From the NCBI GenBank assembly GCA_016744795.1, contig JADGDR010000011.1, forward strand, positions 2,770-66,769: a stretch of 64,000 bases of DNA. Reading direction: 5' to 3'. Every line of letters begins with the position of its first letter. Positions within the stretch are counted from its first letter, which is position 1. The notes below the pieces were generated by a model. That model was not told the DNA's origin and did not search any database. It saw nothing but the letters and a program-made list of their open reading frames with translations. The stretch is from Sulfurospirillum sp. GTDB taxonomy: Bacteria; Campylobacterota; Campylobacteria; Campylobacterales; Sulfurospirillaceae. The translations under genes and the position numbers were made by a program. This document shows, piece after piece, positions 29,312-38,308 of this stretch.

Positions 29312-31678
29312 ATGATAACTGTACAAAAACGTAATGGAAGAACTGAAACATTAGATATATCAAAGATACAAAAGCATACAAGTAGAGCAGTTGCAGGTCT
29401 TAATAATGTTAGTCAAAGTGAACTAGAAGTTGATGCTAAAATTCAATTTCGTGACATGATTACAACTAAAGAGATTCAAATTACTTTGATAAAAACTGCT
29501 GTTGAGAAAATAGACATCGATCGTCCTGATTGGACTTTTGTTGCAGCTCGTCTTTTTCTTTATGATTTATATCATAGAGTAAATCAATTTAGTGGGTATT
29601 GTAAACTTGAAAACTACTTTGAAAGAGGAGAGGACGAGGGGCGTTTGGTTCTTGGACTTAAAGAAAAATATGACTTAGAAGATTTGGATGCATATATAAG
29701 ACCTGAACGAGATTTACAGTTTAACTATCTTGGTATGAAAACATTACATGACAGATACCTTATAAAAGACCGTCAAGGAAACCCCATAGAGCTTCCTCAG
29801 CACATGTTTATGGCTATAGCAATGTTCTTAGCTCAAAACGAACTAAACTGCCAAGATTGGGCTAAAAAATTCTATGACTTAATTTCAAAGTTTGAAGTAA
29901 TGCTTGCAACCCCAACTTTGTCAAATGCAAGAACGCATAGACATCAACTTAGCTCTTGTTATATTGGAAGTACTCCTGATAATATAGAAGGCATATTTGA
30001 TGCATATAAAGAGATGGCATTACTTAGTAAATTTGGTGGTGGTATTGGTTGGGATTGGAACTTAGTTCGGTCTATGGGTGGTAGCATTGATGGACACAAA
30101 AATGCCGCTGGTGGTATAATCCCATTTTTAAAGATAACCAATGACATCGCAATAGCTGTTGACCAACTAGGAACCAGAAAAGGTGCAATTGCAGTTTATA
30201 TAGAACCATGGCATATGGATATAGCTGACTTTTTAGATTTAAAGAAAAACTCAGGAGAAGAGAGAAGAAGAACACATGACCTTTTTCCTGCTTTATGGCT
30301 AAATGACCTTTTTATGGAACGAGCTAGTAAAGATGAGATTTGGACTCTATTTGATCCTTATGAAGTACAAGACTTACCAACTCTTTATGGTGAAGCCTTT
30401 GAAAAACGATACAAAGAGTATGAGAATGACCCAACTATAGCAAAAGAGAGAATTAGAGCAAAAGAGTTATGGAAAAAAATGCTTACAGAACTTTTTGAAA
30501 CTGGAAATCCTTTTCTTTGTTTTAAAGATAGTGCAAATAGAACCAACCCAAATAATCACACAGGAACCATAAGAAGCTCAAACCTTTGTACTGAAATTTT
30601 TCAAAACACTGAACCAAATCACTATAAAACAAAAATAGTCTTTGAAGATACGAGCATAGAAGTTTTTGAGGAGAGTGATTTAATCAAAGTAGATAATGGA
30701 ACTACAAAAGAAGCTAAAAAAGTTACAGCTCTTGACTCAATAAATGGCAAAAAAATCTTTATCGTAGAAAAAGAGATGAGCGAAGGAAAAACAGCCGTTT
30801 GTAACCTAGCAAGCATAAACCTCTCAAAAATCAATACAAAAGAAGAGATAGAAAGAGTTGTCCCAATAGCTGTAAGAATGCTAGATAACGTAATAGATTT
30901 AAACTTCTATCCACATGCAAAAGTAAAACACACTAACATGAAATCACGTTCAATTGGTTTAGGTGTTATGGGTGAAGCTCAAATGATAGCAGAACAACAA
31001 CTAGAGTGGGGAAGTTATGAACACTTTGCAAAAATAGATGAAATCATGGAGACTGTTAGCTACAACGCTATACACTCTTCAGCAAATCTATCCATAGAAA
31101 AAGGGAAATACCCAGAGTTTGATGGTTCAAAATGGAGTCAAGGAATATTCCCAATAGACACAGCGAATGAAGAAGCAAAAAAACTAGTAGACCGTGGTGG
31201 TCTTTTTGGCTACACATACAACTGGGAAGAGTTACGTGAATATGTTAAGAAAAATGGTATGAGAAATGGTTACTTGATGGCAATAGCACCAACAAGCTCA
31301 ATCTCAATCCTAGTAGGAACAACTCAAGCAATAGAACCCATATACAAAAGAAAATGGTTTGAAGAGAATCTCTCAGGTATGATTCCTGTAGTAGCTCCAA
31401 AACTAAGTCCAGACACTTGGCAATTCTATACTCCTGCATATGATTTAGACCAAAGACTATTAATAAAAGCTGGAGCCATTAGACAAAAATGGATTGACCA
31501 AGGACAGAGTCTAAATATATTTATGAGCTTAGACAAAGCTAGTGGAAAAGTTCTAAATGACATCTATATGCTTGGATGGAAACTTGGAATTAAATCAACA
31601 TACTACCTTAGAAGTCAATCTCCAGAAAATAAAATTGATGTTGCTGATAGAAGTATCGAATGTGATAGTTGCCAATAA
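29312..31678 (+). CDS. nrdA: Class Ia ribonucleoside-diphosphate reductase, alpha subunit
   Basis: It has an ATP-cone N-terminus (VQKRNGRTETLDISKIQ), catalytic SNLCTEI, CNLASINL and a C-terminal redox tail CDSCQ. I prefer ATG 29312 (AGGA upstream) over the track start 29276, which overlaps purB. Confidence 0.95.
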   Translation: MITVQKRNGRTETLDISKIQKHTSRAVAGLNNVSQSELEVDAKIQFRDMITTKEIQITLIKTAVEKIDIDRPDWTFVAARLFLYDLYHRVNQFSGYCKLENYFERGEDEGRLVLGLKEKYDLEDLDAYIRPERDLQFNYLGMKTLHDRYLIKDRQGNPIELPQHMFMAIAMFLAQNELNCQDWAKKFYDLISKFEVMLATPTLSNARTHRHQLSSCYIGSTPDNIEGIFDAYKEMALLSKFGGGIGWDWNLVRSMGGSIDGHKNAAGGIIPFLKITNDIAIAVDQLGTRKGAIAVYIEPWHMDIADFLDLKKNSGEERRRTHDLFPALWLNDLFMERASKDEIWTLFDPYEVQDLPTLYGEAFEKRYKEYENDPTIAKERIRAKELWKKMLTELFETGNPFLCFKDSANRTNPNNHTGTIRSSNLCTEIFQNTEPNHYKTKIVFEDTSIEVFEESDLIKVDNGTTKEAKKVTALDSINGKKIFIVEKEMSEGKTAVCNLASINLSKINTKEEIERVVPIAVRMLDNVIDLNFYPHAKVKHTNMKSRSIGLGVMGEAQMIAEQQLEWGSYEHFAKIDEIMETVSYNAIHSSANLSIEKGKYPEFDGSKWSQGIFPIDTANEEAKKLVDRGGLFGYTYNWEELREYVKKNGMRNGYLMAIAPTSSISILVGTTQAIEPIYKRKWFEENLSGMIPVVAPKLSPDTWQFYTPAYDLDQRLLIKAGAIRQKWIDQGQSLNIFMSLDKASGKVLNDIYMLGWKLGIKSTYYLRSQSPENKIDVADRSIECDSCQ

Positions 31679-31705
31679 GTAACAATTTTACTAAAAGGAT
31701 ATTTA

Positions 31706-32686
31706 ATGTTATATAAAGCTTTACATGTAGAAGAACTTGACGGAAAATTTACAAAAGAAATAAAAGAACTGTCTCTTAAAACATTAGATATAAATGATGT
31801 GCTGATACGTGTAAAGTATAGTGCATTAAACTTCAAAGATGCCCTAAGTGCCACTGGAAACAAGGGAATTACTAAAGAATTCCCCCATACTCCAGGTATT
31901 GATGGAGCTGGAATAGTCCAAAGAAGTAGTAGTGATAAATTCAAAAAAGGTGACGAAGTAATTGTTACTAGTTTTGACTTAGGCATGAATACAAATGGAG
32001 CATTTAGTGAATATATATCTGTGCCTGAATCTTGGGTTATTCCTCTTCCAAAAACTCTTACGTTAAAAGAGGCTGTTGCTATTGGAACAGCTGGGCTTAC
32101 CTCAGCAATAGGCACATTTAAACTAATGAGCAATGGACAAAAAAAAGGTGACAACATCTTAGTTACAGGCTCAACTGGAGCAGTTGGTAGTTTTAGTGTT
32201 AAACTTCTTTCTCATCTTGGATTCAAAGTAAGTGCACTTAGCAGTAAAATAGATAAAAAAGAGTTTTTAACTTCTATTGGGGCTAATGAAGTTGTTTTAA
32301 AAAATGAGTTTGAAATGCATGCAAAAAGACCTTTGCTAAAAGCAAAATATGATGGAGCCATAGATGTAGTTGGTGGTGAACTTTTAGAAAATATACTCAA
32401 ACAAATAAGACCTGAAGGAAGTGTTTCAATTTGTGGTTTAGTAGGCTCTGCTCAACTAAATACTACTGTTTTTCCATTTATACTTAGGGGAATAAATCTC
32501 TTAGGAATCAACTCAGCAGAACTTGATAATGAATTTAGAAAAACTCTTTGGAATATGTTAGCAAATGAGTGGAAAATTGACTTAAATAACATAATTCACG
32601 AGCATAGTTTAGAAGAACTTCCTAAACTAATAGATGAAATGCTAGCAGGAAAGAGTACAGGAAGAGCTATTATAAAAATAAATTAG
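31706..32686 (+). CDS. YhdH/AcuI-type zinc-independent MDR quinone oxidoreductase
   Basis: 326 aa. SALNFKDALSATG, PHTPGIDGAG and the NADPH fold VTGSTGAVGS are typical of the YhdH/YhfP subfamily. Confidence 0.85.
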   Translation: MLYKALHVEELDGKFTKEIKELSLKTLDINDVLIRVKYSALNFKDALSATGNKGITKEFPHTPGIDGAGIVQRSSSDKFKKGDEVIVTSFDLGMNTNGAFSEYISVPESWVIPLPKTLTLKEAVAIGTAGLTSAIGTFKLMSNGQKKGDNILVTGSTGAVGSFSVKLLSHLGFKVSALSSKIDKKEFLTSIGANEVVLKNEFEMHAKRPLLKAKYDGAIDVVGGELLENILKQIRPEGSVSICGLVGSAQLNTTVFPFILRGINLLGINSAELDNEFRKTLWNMLANEWKIDLNNIIHEHSLEELPKLIDEMLAGKSTGRAIIKIN

Positions 32687-32743
32687 CAATTTTTTTCTAT
32701 AGTAATACAATATTTTTTGTTATAATACTAGCAAAGGAAAGCT

Positions 32744-33499
32744 ATGATAAGTTTACTAGAAGCATCATTCCAAAACAAAACATTTGCTCCTCACTTTCAT
32801 AACGAATACTCTATTGCCCTTATTACCTCTGGTAATCATAACTTTACATGTAACAAAAATGATTTTGTAGCACATCCAGGAGATATACGACTGATAAACC
32901 CTGGAGACATTCATGTTTGTAAAAGTAAATCATGGGCTTACATAACCTTTACTCCTGATACAAATTTTGTAGAAGCTTTTAGTGAATCTTGCCAAAAAGA
33001 GTTACACAATATAACTTTTGCAAACCCCGTAATCAATAACCAAAAACTTACTAAACTTTTTATAGATTTAAACTATGCTAAAAAAGAGTGGCAAGATGAA
33101 CTTATGGCTGAAAATATCCTAGAAGAATTAGTTGTAAATCTTATCTCATTTTACTCAAACTGTTCAATAAAAACAAAAAATATAAGTTATTCAAGAGTTA
33201 AACTAAATCAAACCGTGGAGTTTATGAAAACGAATTTTGATGAGAGTCTAAAACTTGAAACATTGGCACACATAAGTGGACTTAGTAAGTATCATTTTTT
33301 GAGAAAATTTAAAGAAGAGTTCGGAATGACTCCTCATGCTTATCTACTCCAAATTCGTATACAAAAGGCAAAAAATATGTTAACACAAAACAGAGCACTG
33401 ACAGATATCGCATACTCTTGTGGTTTTAGTGACCAATCACACTTTACAAGAGTCTTTAACAAAATATATGGCATGAGTCCCAAAAAGTTAGTTTCATGA
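32744..33499 (+). CDS. AraC-family transcriptional regulator (cupin + HTH)
   Basis: 251 aa with an N-terminal cupin-like domain (HFHNEYSIALI) and a C-terminal dual HTH (LSKYHFLRKFKEEFGMTPHAYL; GFSDQSHFTRVF). Confidence 0.88.
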   Translation: MISLLEASFQNKTFAPHFHNEYSIALITSGNHNFTCNKNDFVAHPGDIRLINPGDIHVCKSKSWAYITFTPDTNFVEAFSESCQKELHNITFANPVINNQKLTKLFIDLNYAKKEWQDELMAENILEELVVNLISFYSNCSIKTKNISYSRVKLNQTVEFMKTNFDESLKLETLAHISGLSKYHFLRKFKEEFGMTPHAYLLQIRIQKAKNMLTQNRALTDIAYSCGFSDQSHFTRVFNKIYGMSPKKLVS

Positions 33500-34188
33500 A
33501 AACCATAGGACTTCTTGGTGGTATGAGTTGGGAGTCAACTTTGAGTTACTATAAACTTCTTAATGAAGGAACAAGAGATGCACTTGGTGGTGTTCATAGT
33601 GCTAAGATAGTCATGCATTCTGTAGACTTTTATAAGATTTATCAACTTCAAAATGAAGGTAAATGGGATGAAGCTGGAGAAATTTTAGCAAATTTAGCTC
33701 ACTCTCTTGAAATTGCAGGAGCTGATTTTATACTCATCTGCACAAATACTATGCACAAAGTAGCAGATGAAATCAAACAAAAAATAGATATACCACTTCT
33801 TCATATAGCAGATGCCACAGCACAAGCTTTAGTAGAAAAAAAATGCAAAAAAACCATTCTTTTAGGTACTCGTTTTACAATGGAAGAGGATTTTTATAAA
33901 AAAATAATAAACTCCTATGGAATTGAAGTTGTTACACCCAATATACAAGAGAGGAAAGAGATAGATAGAATCATCTTTAAGGAGTTAGTTATTGGAAAGA
34001 TTCTTGAAGAATCTAGAAGTAAATATATAAAAATTATAGAAAATCTATATGAACAAGATACTCAAATCGATTCCGTTATACTAGGTTGTACCGAAATTGG
34101 TCTACTGCTCAAAAAAAACGATATTAATCTCAAAATTTTTGATACAACTTCTTTACATGTAAAAAGTGCACTTGAACTCGCACTTTGA
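33496..34188 (+). CDS. Aspartate/glutamate racemase family protein
   Basis: 230 aa with IGLLGGMSWEST and both catalytic Cys regions (ILICTNTMH, ILGCTEIGLL). Confidence 0.85.
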   Translation: MKTIGLLGGMSWESTLSYYKLLNEGTRDALGGVHSAKIVMHSVDFYKIYQLQNEGKWDEAGEILANLAHSLEIAGADFILICTNTMHKVADEIKQKIDIPLLHIADATAQALVEKKCKKTILLGTRFTMEEDFYKKIINSYGIEVVTPNIQERKEIDRIIFKELVIGKILEESRSKYIKIIENLYEQDTQIDSVILGCTEIGLLLKKNDINLKIFDTTSLHVKSALELAL

Positions 34189-34390
34189 TAGGATTATGGA
34201 AAATTAAACTATAATAATAAATTATAATACTATTAATATAAAAATTTAAGTTAATATTTCTAATTAATTACAATATTCTCTCTATATAGGGTTCAAAAGA
34301 GTTAAGCAAAACTGGCATTTTTGCACTATTTTAACACGTGACAAAACAATAGTACTTTAATTTTTAAGTTTTAGTTTACATTTTTTAGAG

Positions 34391-34396
34391 TATAAT
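34391..34396 (+). promoter_or_regulatory. Candidate -10 box (TATAAT) for nrdD
   Basis: GAGTATAAT lies 25 nt upstream of the nrdD ATG, with AAGGA in between as a ribosome-binding site. This is a sequence match only. Confidence 0.35.
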
Positions 34397-34421
34397 CGCA
34401 TTTTTACACTCAAGGAATATA

Positions 34422-36530
34422 ATGTTAACAAAACTACTCAAAAGAGATGGAAATACAGAAGATTTTCATGCTTACAAAATAGAAGATGCAATCAAAAAAG
34501 CTTTTAAAAGTGTAAGGGTTATTTACGATGAAAGTGTATTTAAAAATCTTATGGATAGAGTTAATGCAAAAAGAGTTGCTGCTGTTGAAGATGTACAAGA
34601 TTTAATAGAACAAGAGTTATATAAAGCAAGATATTTTGATGTTATGCGCTCATTTATGATATATCGTCATACTCACAAAATGCAAAGAGAACATGTAAGC
34701 GGACTCAATGAAGACACTACATTCATAGACTCAACTCAAACAATAGAAGAATACATAGGAAAAAGTGATTGGAGAATTAAAGCAAATTCAAATACTGGTT
34801 ACTCAAATGCAGGACTTGTAAATAATACAGCTGGAAAAGTTATAGCAAACTATTGGTTAGATAAAATCTACTCAAAAGAAGAGGGTTGGGCTCATAGGAA
34901 TGGTGATTATCATATCCATGATCTTGATTGTTTAACTGCTTATTGTGCTGGATGGAGCTTAAGAGCCTTACTAAATGAAGGTTTTAATGGAGTTAGGGGA
35001 AGAGTAGAATCTCGTCCTCCACAACACTTCCGTGAAGCTCTTGGTCAGATGGCTAACTTCTTAGGAATTTTACAGAGTGAGTGGGCTGGTGCTCAAGCAT
35101 TTAGCTCATTTGATACCTATCTTGCACCTTTTGTATTTAAAGACAATTTGCCATTTAAAGAAATTAAAAAAGCTATTAGAAGTTTTGTTTATAATCTAAA
35201 TGTACCTGCTCGTTGGGGACAAAGTCCTTTTACAAATGTAACTATAGATTGGACTGTTCCAAGTGATTTGGCTGACCAAACTCCAACTTCAGATGATATA
35301 CATCTATTTAAAAACATACAAAATAAACAACTTTTAGAAAAGGCAAATCAAAGAGGTGTTAAGGCTCTTGAAGATATGACTTACAAAAACTTCCAAAATG
35401 AGATGGATCTTATAAACCAAGCATTTTATGAAGTTATGACAGAAGGCGATAGAACAGGGCAACCTTTTACTTTTCCAATCCCAACCGTAAACATTACAGA
35501 AGATTTTAACTGGCATGGTAAAAATACTGACTTGCTTTTCGAAAATACTGCAAAAATGGGTTCATCTTACTTCCAAAACTTTATAGGAAGCCAATACAAA
35601 CGAGACGAAAATGGTAAGCTTGTAGAAGATCCTAATGCTTACAAACCAGAAAATGTAAGAAGCATGTGTTGTAGACTTCAACTTGACCTGCGTGAACTTC
35701 TAAAACGTGGTGGTGGGCTTTTTGGTAGTGCTGAGATGACAGGAAGTATTGGTGTTGTTACACTAAATCTTGCTCGTATAGGTTTTACATGTAAAGGTCA
35801 AAGAGAGTTAGTATTCAAGCAAGTTGAACGCCTTATGAATTTAGCAAAATCAACGCTAGAGAAAAAACGTGTTTTTGTTCAAGAGATGTATGATAGAGGA
35901 CTTTATCCTTACACTCAAAGATACCTTCCAGGATTTGCCAACCATTTTTCAACCATTGGTATTAATGGGATGAATGAAATGATAAGAAACTTCACTGAAG
36001 ATAATCACAACATAGCTGACGAATTTGGAATGAAATTTGCTGATGAACTCATAGAGTTTATGCGTACAAAAATGGTTGAGTATCAAGAAGAGACAGGTAA
36101 CTTATATAACCTAGAAGCAACTCCAGCTGAGGGAACTACTTATCGTTTTGCGAAAGAAGATAAGAAGAGATACCCTGAAATTTTACAAGCTGGATTTGGC
36201 GACAATATTTACTATACAAACTCTTCACAGCTACCAGCAGACTACACATCTGACCCATTTGAAGCACTTGATTTGCAAGATGAACTACAGTGTTCATATA
36301 CAGGGGGAACAGTTCTTCACCTCTATATGAAAGAGCGTATAAGTTCGGCTGAAGCTTGTAGAAAAATGGTTAAAAATGTAATTTCAAATTATAGGATGCC
36401 ATATATCACAATGACACCAGTGTTTTCTGTATGTGAAAAACATGGTTATGTAAATGGCGAGCATGAGTTTTGTCCAAAGTGCGACGAAGAACTCATAGAA
36501 AATTTCAATAAAGAGAGGGAAGAAGTATGA
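34422..36530 (+). CDS. nrdD: Anaerobic (class III) ribonucleoside-triphosphate reductase, large polypeptide lacking the glycyl-radical segment
   Basis: 702 aa with an ATP-cone N-terminus (LKRDGNTEDFHAYKIEDAI), the NrdD core (MCCRLQLDL region, thiyl-loop context) and a Zn-site-like C/H cluster CEKHGY...CPKC at the end. The ORF stops before any RVxGY glycyl-radical motif. Confidence 0.93.
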   Translation: MLTKLLKRDGNTEDFHAYKIEDAIKKAFKSVRVIYDESVFKNLMDRVNAKRVAAVEDVQDLIEQELYKARYFDVMRSFMIYRHTHKMQREHVSGLNEDTTFIDSTQTIEEYIGKSDWRIKANSNTGYSNAGLVNNTAGKVIANYWLDKIYSKEEGWAHRNGDYHIHDLDCLTAYCAGWSLRALLNEGFNGVRGRVESRPPQHFREALGQMANFLGILQSEWAGAQAFSSFDTYLAPFVFKDNLPFKEIKKAIRSFVYNLNVPARWGQSPFTNVTIDWTVPSDLADQTPTSDDIHLFKNIQNKQLLEKANQRGVKALEDMTYKNFQNEMDLINQAFYEVMTEGDRTGQPFTFPIPTVNITEDFNWHGKNTDLLFENTAKMGSSYFQNFIGSQYKRDENGKLVEDPNAYKPENVRSMCCRLQLDLRELLKRGGGLFGSAEMTGSIGVVTLNLARIGFTCKGQRELVFKQVERLMNLAKSTLEKKRVFVQEMYDRGLYPYTQRYLPGFANHFSTIGINGMNEMIRNFTEDNHNIADEFGMKFADELIEFMRTKMVEYQEETGNLYNLEATPAEGTTYRFAKEDKKRYPEILQAGFGDNIYYTNSSQLPADYTSDPFEALDLQDELQCSYTGGTVLHLYMKERISSAEACRKMVKNVISNYRMPYITMTPVFSVCEKHGYVNGEHEFCPKCDEELIENFNKEREEV

Positions 36531-36688
36531 GTAGAGAAGCAATTTTAAAAAAATTAGAAGCTAAACGAACAAAGTGTATAGTTTACACTAGAGTTATGGG
36601 TTACCATCGCCCTGTAGAGAGTTTTAATGTTGGTAAAACAGGAGAACATAAAGAGAGAGTAAAGTTTGAAGAACAACTTTCTTGCTAA
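36527..36688 (+). CDS. 53-aa glycyl-radical peptide (NrdD C-terminal segment encoded as a separate ORF)
   Basis: The ATG overlaps the nrdD TGA (ATGA). My translation is MSREAILKKLEAKRTKCIVYTRVMGYHRPVESFNVGKTGEHKERVKFEEQLSC*. TRVMGYHRPV...N.GK..E...R matches the conserved glycyl-radical tail of NrdD proteins. It is missing from the ORF track only because it is shorter than 60 aa. Confidence 0.75.
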   Translation: MSREAILKKLEAKRTKCIVYTRVMGYHRPVESFNVGKTGEHKERVKFEEQLSC

Positions 36689-37361
36689 GAAATCTGTTTA
36701 CGATATAACAAAATTTACTACGCTTGATTACAAAGACCATCTTGCGTGCATAATTTGGTTTGTAAAATGCAATATGAGATGCTCTTACTGTTACAATTCT
36801 AAAATTGTAGAGGGTGAGGGTGTCTTAAGCAACAAAGAACTATTTGACTTTTTAAAAACTAGAATTGGAAAACTTGACGCAGTTGTTCTTAGTGGGGGAG
36901 AATGCACTATAAATCCTGACATAGTAGAACTTTGTGAAGAGATAAAAGAACTTGGTTTTAAAATAAAAATTGATACAAATGGACTAAATCCAGATATTCT
37001 TAGAGATTTAATAGACTTCAGCTTAGTTGATTTTATTGCCCTTGACTATAAAGCTCCATCAGAAAAGTTTAAGCTCATCACAAAAAACAGTTCAATAGAA
37101 AAATTTTTTAAAACGCTAGATATGCTTATAGATAAAAAGTTTCCATTTGAAGTAAGGACAACAATCCACTCTGGGCTTCTTGATGAAGATGATATTAACT
37201 CCATCATAATAGACCTCAATAATAGAAGATATGAAGGAACTTACTATATACAAAACTATCTACATGTAGAAGACACAATTGACAAACTTCCTGAATTTTC
37301 AAGAGCGATGAATAAAAGTTTAATTAACAATGTAATTCCCATAGATTTTAGAAATCAATAA
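36666..37361 (+). CDS. nrdG: Anaerobic RNR activating protein (radical SAM)
   Basis: 231 aa with a TTG start preceded by a purine-rich stretch. It has DYKDHLACIIWFVKCNMRCSYCYN (CxxxCxxC cluster) and LSGGEC. Confidence 0.9.
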   Translation: MKNNFLAKKSVYDITKFTTLDYKDHLACIIWFVKCNMRCSYCYNSKIVEGEGVLSNKELFDFLKTRIGKLDAVVLSGGECTINPDIVELCEEIKELGFKIKIDTNGLNPDILRDLIDFSLVDFIALDYKAPSEKFKLITKNSSIEKFFKTLDMLIDKKFPFEVRTTIHSGLLDEDDINSIIIDLNNRRYEGTYYIQNYLHVEDTIDKLPEFSRAMNKSLINNVIPIDFRNQ

Positions 37362-37477
37362 AAAGACTTCGTAAATATTTTTTATTAACTGAAACCATAA
37401 ACAATTAAGGCAAGTTAAGATAAAATTAATATTATACGCTTCTTAAATGAAGCCTAATTTATTATGAATGGATATTT

Positions 37478-38308
37478 TTGTTAAAAACTATAAAAAGTGT
37501 TTTGATCTTATCATTTTTCTCTAGTTTAAGTGCAAAAGATATCTTAGTGTTTGCTCCTCTTCCCATGGAAAATAGAAAAACTATCTTTACTCAATTTTTC
37601 CCAATGGTAAAATATTTAGAAAATAAACTAAACAAAAAAATCACAATTAATTACAGCAAAAATTATACCAATATGCTAAAAAAAATAAAACAAGGTAAAA
37701 TAGATATAGCTTATCTTGGACCACTTCCTTATATTGAATTAAAAAAAAATTACCCTGCTATCTTGCCATTGGTACACTTTAACAACAGTGATGGAAATCA
37801 ATTTTATACATGTTCAATTGTAACTCTTATCAATAACTACACAAAAATAAAAAATATTAGAAACAAAAAAATAGCCCTTACTCAATCTCTTTCTACCTGT
37901 GGTTTTTTGAGTGTTGATGCTCTTTTACAAAAATCAAAAAATAGTTTAAACAATAATAAATATAGATACATTGGAAGACATGATAAAGTTGCTCTTAGCA
38001 TTATTAAAGGAGAATATGACTTTGGTGGAGTTAAAAGTAGTATTGCCAAAAAATACTCTAATCTTGGTCTAAAAGAGATAGCCAAAACATCTCCCCTACC
38101 AAATTTTGCACTCATAGGGAACAAAGCAACACTATCTAAAAAAACTTTACAAGATATCCAAAAAATTATGAAAAACGTAAAAAAAGAAGAATTCCAATTA
38201 TGGGGAAAGAACATTAGCTATGGCTGTAGCGAAGCTAAAGATGAAGACTATAACAATCTTAGAAAATTAAAAAGTAATATACAAATTCCTATAAAAGGTA
38301 ACTTCTAG
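37478..38308 (+). CDS. PhnD-like periplasmic substrate-binding protein
   Basis: 276 aa with a TTG start and a signal peptide (LILSFFSSLSA). The PhnD/type-2 periplasmic-binding-protein pattern is present (DIAYLGPLPY, GGVKSS). Confidence 0.75.
   Translation: MLKTIKSVLILSFFSSLSAKDILVFAPLPMENRKTIFTQFFPMVKYLENKLNKKITINYSKNYTNMLKKIKQGKIDIAYLGPLPYIELKKNYPAILPLVHFNNSDGNQFYTCSIVTLINNYTKIKNIRNKKIALTQSLSTCGFLSVDALLQKSKNSLNNNKYRYIGRHDKVALSIIKGEYDFGGVKSSIAKKYSNLGLKEIAKTSPLPNFALIGNKATLSKKTLQDIQKIMKNVKKEEFQLWGKNISYGCSEAKDEDYNNLRKLKSNIQIPIKGNF

Noticed and set aside
30600-30800. An extra segment of about 50 aa in NrdA between SNLCTEI and CNLASINL. I considered an intein or a mobile insertion.
   Set aside because: It is far too short for an intein and lacks intein splice-junction blocks. 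It is in frame and looks like a lineage-specific loop. I cannot show that it is unusual without an alignment.
31615-32157. 180-aa minus-strand ORF overlapping the nrdA end and the YhdH-type oxidoreductase.
   Set aside because: It is antisense to two well-supported genes. It has no recognisable motif and a shadow-ORF composition (Ser/Phe/Leu/Pro-rich). The plus-strand genes explain the region completely.
36505-36530. Programmed -1 ribosomal frameshift joining nrdD to the glycyl-radical ORF.
   Set aside because: There is no X-XXY-YYZ slippery heptamer and no obvious downstream pseudoknot. The ATGA stop/start overlap is the standard signature of translational coupling. A simple indel remains possible and is reported as a finding instead.
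37882-38214. 110-aa minus-strand ORF inside the PhnD-like gene. Many other 60-100-aa nested ORFs in the track are of the same kind (for example 1826..2017, 3952..4234, 7904..8131, 9522..9752, 21104..21406, 30072..30275, 48097..48330, 58638..58954, 61023..61295).
   Set aside because: All are antisense to, or out of frame within, strongly supported genes. In AT-rich DNA such ORFs arise by chance, and none shows a recognisable motif or a ribosome-binding site.
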